64,000 nucleotides of DNA, taken from contig JBCBUK010000010.1 of the NCBI GenBank assembly GCA_039818205.1, positions 94,940 through 158,939 of the forward strand. The letters are read 5' to 3'. The DNA is from Verrucomicrobiota bacterium. Its GTDB lineage: Bacteria; Verrucomicrobiota; Verrucomicrobiia; Opitutales; Cerasicoccaceae. Made by a program: the position numbers and the translations under genes. The notes beneath the pieces were generated by a model. The model was not told where the DNA came from and did not search any database. It worked only from the letters and a program-made list of their open reading frames with translations. Shown piece by piece: positions 30,401-38,408 of the stretch (position 1 is its first letter; each line of letters starts with the position of its first letter).

Positions 30401-32698
30401 TTGGAAAACTACATCTCTTGTGCGAGCTGCCATGTCGATGGTATGCACGACGGCCGAACCTACGACTTCACTCAGCGTGGTGAAGGCTTTCGCAATACCA
30501 CGGACTTGCGAGGTCGGGGTGGCATGGACCATGGCAACGTCCATTGGTCGGCAAACTTTGATGAGATTCAGGACTTCATTTTAGACATCACGCGGCACTT
30601 TGGCGGAACCGGTTTGTTGGATTCCGGTGAGCAGCCCAATGAACCCCTGAGCCTGCCGAACGGTCAGCGGGCGATGGATCTTGATTCGCTTTCGGCTTAT
30701 GTAACGTCGTTGAAAAACGATACTGTTCCGCGTAGTCCGCATCGAAATTTCAATGGAACCATGACCGCCGAGGCATTGGCGGGCGAATCGGTGTTTAGCA
30801 CCGCCGCATGTGTCAGCTGTCATGCCGCGCCTGATTACACGGATTCAACGCTTGGAATCGTTTCATTGCACAATGTTGGAACCCTGCGGACCAGCTCAGG
30901 CTTACGGTTGAATGGCCCGTTGAGCGGTATCGACACTCCGAGTCTCCTGGGTGCATGGGATGGCGCTCCCTACTTTCACGATGGCTCAGCACAGGCCCTT
31001 GAAGATGTATTCTCAGTCGTCGGGGGTGTGATTTACCCCGCCGAGGATGCTGCGTTGTCGGGAAGCGCAAGCGTGCCGAATTATATCGATGTCAATTGGG
31101 ATAGCTCTTCGCGTGGCTCGCTGGTGGCCCTGGAGTCGACCGGTGCCTCAGTGACATTCAACAACGTGGATGGCGGTTCCGGTGGCATTGGCCAACTTGA
31201 GTTGCGACTTCAGGGCAACTTCGATGGAGAGTTCCGCGTCACGGTGAATGGCACGCAGGTATTTGATTTGTCGATCTCCGGTGAGCGGACCTTGCATGAA
31301 TGGAACCAAACCCGCGTCGAGGGCATCAGCTTTAGCCCGGGGGCAACCAATGTTGTGGTTGTTACGCGGACGACAGTTCCATTCGCGCTCGACGACATTA
31401 CGGTGGCGGCTCCCGATCACCTTGCACTGGCGGCACCGCACCGGATCTATAACACCCTTTCCTCCCAAGATCGCGATCGCTTGCTTGCTTATGTTCGGCA
31501 GATTGATGGACGGGATCCCGTTGGTGCGCCGTTGAACAATCCGCCAGTTGCGCTTGGCACCTTGTCGGTTGGTCAGCTCAATTTTGGTGATGGCTTTAGC
31601 ACCGCGATCTTGGCGGATGCTTCAAACTCCTTTGATAGCGATGGTGCGGTTGCCTCGTATCATTGGTCAGGCAACGGCATCGAGTTCGTGAACGGGACGA
31701 CCGAGTCCGACGCTGCTGCTGAGTTCGCGTTACCGGGAGCAGGCAACACGGTCATCACGTTGACCGTCACCGATGATGATGGAGCTATAGCATCGGCGCT
31801 GTTTGGTGTCCGGGTAGTCGACGGCGATATCAATACGCTGTTTGTCCAAGGAATTGAATACACGTATTACCAACGAGAGGATTGGTTCTCCGAGTTTCAG
31901 AATATCGATTTCGATACCGAGCCGGTTGATGATACGGGTACCCTAACGAACTTCGACATCTCGAGCAATACATCTCCAAACCTGTTCCTGTTCCGATTCA
32001 CGGGCTATGTCTACATCGATACACCCGGCGACTGGACCTTCTACACGACCTCTGACGATGGTAGCCGGATGTTTGTAAACGGTACGCGGGTCGTAAACAA
32101 TGACGGAGTCCACGGAACCCAGACACGGCAGGGAACCACGAGTCTGGGAGTTGGCTATCACGAAATTGTGGTCGACTACTTTAACTCGTTTGGCTCGCAG
32201 GTCCTGACCGTTGAATTCGAAGGGCCGGGAACCGCGCGACAAGCCATTCCCGATTCGGCCTTGTTCCGCGGCGTGCCGATTCCGCGCCGTACCTTGGGGC
32301 GTGCGATGTTCGATAACTGGACGGAGGCGGATCCGCAGCTCGTCGGGCTCCAACCCGATAGTGATCCGTTCAACACGGGCCGTCCACTTTACTTGGACTT
32401 TGTGTTGGCGGACACACCGGGCCAGCGGCAGTTCGAGTTTGCCCTGCTAAGCCAGAACGAGGGTGGGACCGTCGTGTTTCGGACTCCGGCATTGAGAACG
32501 GGCGAGGGGCTCAACTACCGCGTCGAGTACTCGACGGATTTGGTCGACTGGTTTGATAACGATGGTCGTTTTACGCTGACCATGGAGCCTGCCGGACCAG
32601 GTATGGAGGTCATTGCCTTGGAGCGCGACGTGTCTGGCTTTACCGGGCCCGAGTTTATTCGTGTAAATGTTTCGTTGGACGATCGTTTAAGTCAATAG
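27428..32698 (+). CDS. 1756-aa secreted multidomain protein: propeller-like N-region, Ig-like (Big_5), PKD, YVTN-type beta-propeller, di-heme bCcP/MauG-like domain with inserted CBM6/35-like module, PKD, PA14, C-terminal domain
   Basis: Signal peptide; P..PLQADTTYEV..GIKDAAGN (Ig-like); VWVVNPDNDSIT, GPMPRAIA, GAAPQGI (propeller); CASCH at 30419 and CVSCH at 30809; TPSLLG..APYFHDGS; FYTTSDDGSRM..NNDGVHG (PA14). Confidence 0.85.
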   Translation: MNYKHHLLSILLAGIALCFGFRDLLGQNVPVVVPTFPTDQTFTPGELLYRHIGIGRVTNIAYHNGIVYTHNVGGGDRKSWEWSDSADASSLGPVLEESAGDIIPLFNDHGNHAHTKVGDYLGGQFDLSIRRSSPGVNVWDTHPEWAGVGGHRLYWPWALSFNWIQYSSDANQPTFIRRFSEELYVWDSLAEHGVTGNYMLMGNYLIVTSDESLLGILIYDLTPTFENNSAPVLLDKLSAPVGAYIAVLWENYIVLARRDTDQVDIVDWSDPTNLRFVTSIDVRGDDNLNSSSNVPYTQCQDQFVFTRRHKINMETFERVLEFDEVGNNRPTGSVSGRLGTSQYMLPVGQFIITGGYSTDGQDGIGLWAHQAEPDTRAPYVGYHIPRDGQTNYPVRAPISILIHETLESYTIVNGESLIVRPVGGSAIDAYNSFSHDDVLTITPEQPLQADTTYEVIIPAGGIKDAAGNGIEGYSFTFSTGGALSGGNLSPQIASFTATPSPTTPNTPITFSASATDPESDTLEYRFSFSDGSTATDWGSSSSIVHQFANEGHYEAKVQVRDLKPGGATSVSTEILSVTIANPIVGVRPTKSSPITLDAANRKVWVVNPDNDSITRLNADTRAFEAEFDLGAGISGSVDPRSIAIDANGDLWVACRDADGIAVMTSGGVLLDFIDTGYGSAPVGVAASADGSRVLATLERRGTTDPENGQLLLYNTATGSEIDRLELGPMPRAIAITGNGQRALVTRFISTENYGEVWDVAIGVGLSLTRTILIGRDRGSSFNDSSSDGKGVPNYLAGITLSPDNEWAWFTAVKANTQRGEFFNSTGVNASLTPDHTVRAMVGRIDLSLNREPTPYTLEPHRGSRIDVDNSDSPTAVAFSDLGDYVFVTLQGNDGVAVYDRFDIIAGAARATTWRIPSGAAPQGILLDPATNCLWIKDFMGRTVTVHDLSGFFGNGDRTNAPVTVSTVANEALATDVLDGKRIFYSASDEMSLENYISCASCHVDGMHDGRTYDFTQRGEGFRNTTDLRGRGGMDHGNVHWSANFDEIQDFILDITRHFGGTGLLDSGEQPNEPLSLPNGQRAMDLDSLSAYVTSLKNDTVPRSPHRNFNGTMTAEALAGESVFSTAACVSCHAAPDYTDSTLGIVSLHNVGTLRTSSGLRLNGPLSGIDTPSLLGAWDGAPYFHDGSAQALEDVFSVVGGVIYPAEDAALSGSASVPNYIDVNWDSSSRGSLVALESTGASVTFNNVDGGSGGIGQLELRLQGNFDGEFRVTVNGTQVFDLSISGERTLHEWNQTRVEGISFSPGATNVVVVTRTTVPFALDDITVAAPDHLALAAPHRIYNTLSSQDRDRLLAYVRQIDGRDPVGAPLNNPPVALGTLSVGQLNFGDGFSTAILADASNSFDSDGAVASYHWSGNGIEFVNGTTESDAAAEFALPGAGNTVITLTVTDDDGAIASALFGVRVVDGDINTLFVQGIEYTYYQREDWFSEFQNIDFDTEPVDDTGTLTNFDISSNTSPNLFLFRFTGYVYIDTPGDWTFYTTSDDGSRMFVNGTRVVNNDGVHGTQTRQGTTSLGVGYHEIVVDYFNSFGSQVLTVEFEGPGTARQAIPDSALFRGVPIPRRTLGRAMFDNWTEADPQLVGLQPDSDPFNTGRPLYLDFVLADTPGQRQFEFALLSQNEGGTVVFRTPALRTGEGLNYRVEYSTDLVDWFDNDGRFTLTMEPAGPGMEVIALERDVSGFTGPEFIRVNVSLDDRLSQ

Positions 32699-32731
32699 TT
32701 CTCGTTCAAATCGAAATTCCTGAAGGTGTTG

Positions 32732-32767
32732 GCCAACTGGGTTTTCCGGTTGGCTGATTCCTTTTTT
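32732..32767 (+). terminator. Probable Rho-independent terminator
   Basis: gccaactgg / ccggttggc stem followed shortly by a T run. Confidence 0.55.
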
Positions 32768-32876
32768 CGTAGCTGAAATATGTATTTGTTGTTTCGGAAA
32801 TGACAACTTTGGGGTGAAATTGGTTTGTTCTATGTAATATTTGGTATATTGTTAATCGCGTTGAACCTCCCTCAAT

Positions 32877-35800
32877 ATGCTTCGAAATCCCTTTTTCCTC
32901 CTCGGGCTTGTCCTATCGGTTTTTGTGCCCTCGTTGAATGCTGAACCGGCGATCAAGAATCACTCGGCCGAAATCAATATTGGAACCGCCAACGAATCAT
33001 TAGATGCAGCTGAGGTATTGAACTGGTCGGGCGATGCACGGCTACATCGCGGTGATAACGATTATGGTAACGGTGGCTGGGCATTTGCATTGGAGGGAGA
33101 TCAGGTCGCGACCCAGCAAACCGATCTTGCAGTGGAGCTTGGCGCGGCGTACGCGATTCGTTTTGATACCGCTCTCTTTGCGACCGGGCTAGCACCGATA
33201 ATTGGAGGTTCCGTGCGTAACGGAGACTTTGGGGCAGATACCTCAACGACGGACAAAAGAAACTTTGATGTCACCCCGTTTTGGACGAACTACCGGGGAA
33301 ATGAGACAGTCGAGGCTACCCGAACCAACCTCGATATAAACGGGACCCGCAACGCGATTTTGTATGCGAGTGGGTTCTCGGCGCATGCTCAGGACACTGG
33401 CTACGATTTGACCGCGGGCGAAGTCCTCGAAGTATCCTTCGCTTGGCGAGATGCGTATCAATGGAGCGATAGCCAGGATCGCGTTGGAGTCACCCTTTTC
33501 TATACGAACGACAATTCAATCGGTGGTTCAATGACCGTGATCGAGCAGCTCTTGGCCCCGGCTTCGACGATTGATAGCACGTACGAAACCTTTGAAGGTT
33601 CCTTTGCGCCGATTCCGGCAGCGGCCGATGGCAGACGTTTGTTCGTCATTGTGGAAGCCGTGGATGGCAATAGTGACTCAACCGGCTGGAGCCGTCTTGA
33701 TAACTTTGTCCTGGCTCCGGCGGGCGCAGCCGCGGGCGGTGGTTCCAGTGAGGCCTTTGTGGCCGAGCTCTATGTGATGGATGGTGGAAACCAGACCATC
33801 GTGGCAACCCGCGAGTTCTCAATCGATCAGGCCTTGGAAGGCCAATGGAACCATGAGCAAGGAATTGTCCTTGGCGGCGATTTGGATTCTTATGCCGGTC
33901 AAGCATTAGGTATTCAGTTCCGCGGCCAGAGTATTTCGGAAAGCAGCCGCGTCTTGATTGATAATATACGGCTTGAGGAAATCACTCTGGCTGAGACCAA
34001 TGCCTCCTTTGCGGATGATTGGAACGCGACCCCAAATCAACCTTGGCCAGGGCCAGGGTATTGGGGCAATCGCACTCAGGATTGGGAGGTACGGAGTCAG
34101 CGTGTGAACTGTCTGGAAGGGGGTGCGGATCGTCGGACCTTGATCCGTACCGGCAACTCAGTCCTGCCGAATGGTGGGACGTTTAATCTGTCCGTTCGAA
34201 CGGGGCGCTACCAAGGCTCAACCAACAATGGTGACCGCACCGGGTTTCTAGTTGGCGCCGGGCCAAGTTTGGATTGGCGAGCGTCGTTGCTGGTGCACGA
34301 TGGTTTGGGGCGGGACTTCGGCCTGTTCTGCGGTGTGCGTGGAGATGGGCGTCCGGTGATTGATGATTTGTCGACGGGTAGCGTGACGGAGATTGCTGCA
34401 GGTTCGACCCCGAGTGGAGGATTTCCGTCGGAGCTGCGCCTGGATCTATCGGCCGTTTACAATGCTGTTCAAAACACCTACACGCTTACCTTGCGGACCT
34501 ACAACAGTGGGGGAACGCTGCTTGGAAGCGCGAGCACGATCGTGCCAAGTCATCGATTGATGGGGGCCTTCGGCTTGCTGTCCCATGGCGGCAGCAATGC
34601 CAGGTTTTGGTTCGATGATTTCATGGGCTCGGGCACGGCATTGAAATCAGAGCCAGGGCGAGATCTCGCTTTCATCGGAGCAATGCATACCCTGAGTCAG
34701 GGTACGCTTAAAATCACCGCACAGCTACCACCGGTTAGTTTGTCGCCCGTTCCTAGCGTCATGCTTGAGCGCTACGTGAACGGTGCTTGGGAATCCCTAG
34801 GCACCGAGTCGGTCGATACAACGGATGGCGTCTCATCGTATACGGCGACGTTTAAGGCGAGCAACTGGCCGGACATGGAAGACGTTCCTTATCGCCTTAG
34901 CTACGAGACCGAAGGCGATCGCTACTATTGGGAAGGAACGATCCGCAAAGATCCCATTGGCAAAGATGATCTTGTGATTGCAGCAACCACCTGTCAGCGA
35001 CTCAGCGATCAAGCAACGACTGGTGATGGGATTGACTGGACTCCGGTCGATATTTGGCACCCGCATAACTTGGCTTTCGATCACATCGCAAAACACGATC
35101 CCGACATCCTCGCTGCATTGGGCGATCAAATCTACGAGGGCTTGCCCGCCTGGATCGATGCTCGGAGTGATTTTCATCGGCACCACGATTACCTTTATAA
35201 ATGGTATCTCTGGGTGCTGCAGGTGCGTAACTTAATCGGAGACGTTCCAACGGTAGCAATCCCCGACGACCACGACGTTTATCAAGGCAACATTTGGGGC
35301 GAGGGCGGTATTCCGACGGCGGTTGATAACGAAGGTGGATACACGCAGCCAGCAACGTGGGTGAAAATGGTTGAGCGGACGCAAACGAGCAATCTCCCGG
35401 ACCCGGATCCGTATAATCCAGTTCAGCCGGCGCCTCCAGTTGCGCAAGGCATCGGTGTGTACTTTACGAAGTTCGTCTATGGTGGGCTTGGCATTGCCGT
35501 GATCGAGGATCGAAAGTTCAAGACTGGTTGGCAGAACCCACCGAGTCCAAGTGAGCAGCAACTGTTGGGCGAGCGACAGCACGCCTTCCTCACGGCCTTT
35601 GCCGAGGATTGGGATGATCAATGCCTCAAGCTAGTGTTTTCGCAAAGTCCGTTTGGCAACCTGCATACCCACTCGAGTACTGGTTATGGCTTCAACATCA
35701 ACATCAAGGACACTAACGGCTGGCCTTTGCATCGGCGCAACGAAGCCTGGGAGCTGTTGCGTAAGGGGCGAATGTTTCAGATCGCGGGAGACACGCATTT

Positions 35801-37127
35801 ATCGACGGTCGTGCACCATGGGATCGACTCACCGGCCGACGCGGGATATTCCTTTGTCGCTCCTGCGATCTCCAATTTCTGGCCGCGGGTGTTTGACCCG
35901 GTTCACAATGCCGCGGGGACGACGAGCGCCGTGAGCCCCTACAAGGGGGATTTCTATTTCGATGGCCAAGGGACCTTGCCGTCAGGTCAGCCGAATCTGA
36001 ATGCACAAGACCCAGCACACATTCGTTTCCTGGCCGCTGGGAATCCGCTTCAATACTATCAGCAAACGCGTGGCATCGACCCAGCGAATTTGCACGATCG
36101 TGGTGCGGGTTATGGAATCATTCGGATTAATAAGCCCGACCGAGTAATTACGTTTGAGAGTTGGCCGTTGCATGCGGATCCCGAGTTCCCGCAAACCGGT
36201 GGCCCCTTTGCGGACTGGCCAATCACGCTTCAGCAATCGGATAACGATGGGCGGACCCCGACTGGCTATTTACCTGATGTTGTGACTGGGCGCCAGATGC
36301 AATCAGTGTTGCGCGTCTACGATGAATCCAACGATGAGCTCGTCTACGCTATTCGTTTGCGGGGCAACCGCTACCGACCGGCGGTTTATGACAACGGAAC
36401 CACCTACCGATTGGAGATTGATCATCTGGATGGCTCAAGTGAGGTGCTCGAGGGACAGGCAGTATTGGATCCATCGGCACCGGCTATTCAATCATTCCAA
36501 GCACTGCAGCCCTCGATCAGCCTTGGAAGCTCTGCGGTTCTGCAATGGGCGGTGACGAGCCCAAGCACCTTGACCATCGATTCGGGCATTGGCGACGTGT
36601 TGCTCTTCACGGTAGATGGAATTGGTTTCCACGAGGTCACGCCAACCAACAACACGACCTATACCTTAACATTGAACGGAACGGAAACATCTCAAACGAC
36701 GGTCAAGGTGTTTCCAACCAAGCAGGCATGGATTGACGGTTACTTTTCTCCACAAGAGCAGCTAGATGGATTGGCTGACGATGGTTCAAATCCCGATGGC
36801 GATGACTCGAACAACGCCATCGAATATAATTTCCAAATGAACCCACGCGCCTTTGACGCGGATTTGTTGTTTAGTTCTAAGGTTGAGTCGAGTGGCGATG
36901 AGCTCATCGTGGATTTTGATGTGTCCGTGCCGCTGGATGCAAACGAGACTGATCTATTGATTGAGTCCAGTGAGAACTTGGAAGCTTGGGCCCTGGTAGA
37001 CGAGGACCAATATGAGATTGTTGGACGGTCAAATTTGGCCGATGGAACGAGTCGCTTGCTGGTTCGCTGGTTGGTGCCAACGGATTCTTTGTCTAAGCTT
37101 TTCTTTCGCGCAGGTTGGCAGCTATAA
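32877..37127 (+). CDS. Secreted PhoD-like metallophosphatase with N-terminal CBM-like domains and C-terminal Ig-like plus terminal domain
   Basis: LGDQIYE, IPDDHDVYQGNIWG, EDRKFK, D.NGWP, GDTH motifs of PhoD-like phosphatases; Sec-type signal peptide. Confidence 0.8.
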   Translation: MLRNPFFLLGLVLSVFVPSLNAEPAIKNHSAEINIGTANESLDAAEVLNWSGDARLHRGDNDYGNGGWAFALEGDQVATQQTDLAVELGAAYAIRFDTALFATGLAPIIGGSVRNGDFGADTSTTDKRNFDVTPFWTNYRGNETVEATRTNLDINGTRNAILYASGFSAHAQDTGYDLTAGEVLEVSFAWRDAYQWSDSQDRVGVTLFYTNDNSIGGSMTVIEQLLAPASTIDSTYETFEGSFAPIPAAADGRRLFVIVEAVDGNSDSTGWSRLDNFVLAPAGAAAGGGSSEAFVAELYVMDGGNQTIVATREFSIDQALEGQWNHEQGIVLGGDLDSYAGQALGIQFRGQSISESSRVLIDNIRLEEITLAETNASFADDWNATPNQPWPGPGYWGNRTQDWEVRSQRVNCLEGGADRRTLIRTGNSVLPNGGTFNLSVRTGRYQGSTNNGDRTGFLVGAGPSLDWRASLLVHDGLGRDFGLFCGVRGDGRPVIDDLSTGSVTEIAAGSTPSGGFPSELRLDLSAVYNAVQNTYTLTLRTYNSGGTLLGSASTIVPSHRLMGAFGLLSHGGSNARFWFDDFMGSGTALKSEPGRDLAFIGAMHTLSQGTLKITAQLPPVSLSPVPSVMLERYVNGAWESLGTESVDTTDGVSSYTATFKASNWPDMEDVPYRLSYETEGDRYYWEGTIRKDPIGKDDLVIAATTCQRLSDQATTGDGIDWTPVDIWHPHNLAFDHIAKHDPDILAALGDQIYEGLPAWIDARSDFHRHHDYLYKWYLWVLQVRNLIGDVPTVAIPDDHDVYQGNIWGEGGIPTAVDNEGGYTQPATWVKMVERTQTSNLPDPDPYNPVQPAPPVAQGIGVYFTKFVYGGLGIAVIEDRKFKTGWQNPPSPSEQQLLGERQHAFLTAFAEDWDDQCLKLVFSQSPFGNLHTHSSTGYGFNINIKDTNGWPLHRRNEAWELLRKGRMFQIAGDTHLSTVVHHGIDSPADAGYSFVAPAISNFWPRVFDPVHNAAGTTSAVSPYKGDFYFDGQGTLPSGQPNLNAQDPAHIRFLAAGNPLQYYQQTRGIDPANLHDRGAGYGIIRINKPDRVITFESWPLHADPEFPQTGGPFADWPITLQQSDNDGRTPTGYLPDVVTGRQMQSVLRVYDESNDELVYAIRLRGNRYRPAVYDNGTTYRLEIDHLDGSSEVLEGQAVLDPSAPAIQSFQALQPSISLGSSAVLQWAVTSPSTLTIDSGIGDVLLFTVDGIGFHEVTPTNNTTYTLTLNGTETSQTTVKVFPTKQAWIDGYFSPQEQLDGLADDGSNPDGDDSNNAIEYNFQMNPRAFDADLLFSSKVESSGDELIVDFDVSVPLDANETDLLIESSENLEAWALVDEDQYEIVGRSNLADGTSRLLVRWLVPTDSLSKLFFRAGWQL

Positions 37128-37141
37128 GCCGTCAAGGTAGC

Positions 37142-37171
37142 GAAGCATGGTGCTTTGCAGCACCATGCTTC
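37142..37171. terminator. Hairpin between convergent genes (probable terminator)
   Basis: gaagcatggtgct-ttgc-agcaccatgcttc perfect 13-bp stem. Confidence 0.65.
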
Positions 37172-37211
37172 TTAGCAGTACGTGGTGGGTGGTAATTATA
37201 GGCTAGCGCCT

Positions 37212-37418
37212 CTAGGTGCGCTCGTACTCGATCAGGTCGCCCGGTTGGCAATCGAGTGCCTCGCAAATTGCTTCAAGCGTCGTGAAGCGGATCGCTTTGG
37301 CTTTGCCAGTTTTTAGGATGGATAGGTTCGCGAGGGTCAAGCCGACTCTCTCGGCGAGCTCAGTAAGGGAGACGTCTTGTTCCTTCATGCGTTGATCCAG
37401 GTTGATTCTAATTGGCAT
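37212..37418 (-). CDS. XRE/Cro-family HTH regulator (YozG-like)
   Basis: MPIRINLD..LTELAERVGLTLANLSILKTGKAKAIRFTTLEAICEALDCQPGDL. Confidence 0.93.
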   Translation of the reverse strand: MPIRINLDQRMKEQDVSLTELAERVGLTLANLSILKTGKAKAIRFTTLEAICEALDCQPGDLIEYERT

Positions 37419-37429
37419 CGTTCTGGCGG

Positions 37430-38065
37430 TTAGATGGTTAACGCTTGTTCTTCTCGCATGACCGCGCCTTGGCGGAAGACTTCCGAGAGGGCAAGAATGC
37501 ACAGACCAGCAACAAGCGTCGCAAGGTCCAATTGGTATTGGGAGACGAGGATGAAGCCCTCGGGGCGAAACATGTTGTTTACGATGACGCCGACTACGAT
37601 CTCATAGATTCCACCAAGGATGCTAAAGCCAATGGTTAGGAAGCCCAGGATACGAAGGCGCTTGGCGTTTATACTGATGAAGGGATCACCCGCCTCCGCG
37701 GTTTTTACTATTTCTCGCAGCTGCTTCAGAGAATACAAAACAATGCCGAATATGATGATCGCCGAGCAGATCTGGGTGAATAGGTAGTAGGCATTGCCTC
37801 GCGCACTTCTTACGGGAAGACCGATCTCCACCGGTACAGTCTCCGATACAGAGACCTCGACGACCTCCCCGGAGGCCGTTTCGGCTTGGAGCGGATCAAG
37901 GTTGAGAATCGCGTAGGATTCGATCGTAAACTTGTTGTTTTCACCGCCGAAGGCGAGCAGCGCGATAATGGCTATTGTGGTGATTCCGGCACCAGCAATG
38001 GCGATCCACCAAATGAAGGTGAGGATCATTTTTAAGATCTTTAAGGATAAATTAGGACTTTTCAT
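37430..38065 (-). CDS. DUF2975-family membrane protein
   Basis: GDPFISINAKRLR and LSEVFRQG..MREEQALTI C-terminal signature; directly upstream of the YozG-like regulator. Confidence 0.9.
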   Translation of the reverse strand: MKSPNLSLKILKMILTFIWWIAIAGAGITTIAIIALLAFGGENNKFTIESYAILNLDPLQAETASGEVVEVSVSETVPVEIGLPVRSARGNAYYLFTQICSAIIIFGIVLYSLKQLREIVKTAEAGDPFISINAKRLRILGFLTIGFSILGGIYEIVVGVIVNNMFRPEGFILVSQYQLDLATLVAGLCILALSEVFRQGAVMREEQALTI

Positions 38066-38291
38066 GGTATGTGGTAGGTAGGATTTGGATTCTAGACATA
38101 GCAATGCTCAGCCGGATAGAGCTACCGGTAGCAGATACTCAGGTTCCGTGCGTTTGATTGCTCATGGGCACGGGAGGAAAAATATTTTCGTTAGCCGTTG
38201 AGCTCAGAGCATTGGATGGAGGTCTGGTCTCTTCGGTTCACGAAAACGATTGTTGGATTCGTTTCTTATTGAAAGGACATCATGGTTCTTG

Positions 38292-38358
38292 ATTTATCGA
38301 AAAACAATAAATGACTATGCTGCGGTGTCAAGTGCCCGTTTATCGTTTTTCAATAAAT
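38292..38358 (-). promoter_or_regulatory. Sigma70-type promoter with two palindromic operators (TTTATCG-N5-CAATAAA) for the DUF2975-XRE operon
   Basis: atttatcg-aaaaa-caataaat at 38292-38312 and tttatcg-ttttt-caataaa at 38339-38357; minus-strand TTGACA at 38331-38326 and TATTGT at 38309-38304. Confidence 0.7.
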
Positions 38359-38408
38359 AATTTTCCTGACCAGATCCGCAATTGTCTGAAACCACGAATA
38401 GGCAAATG

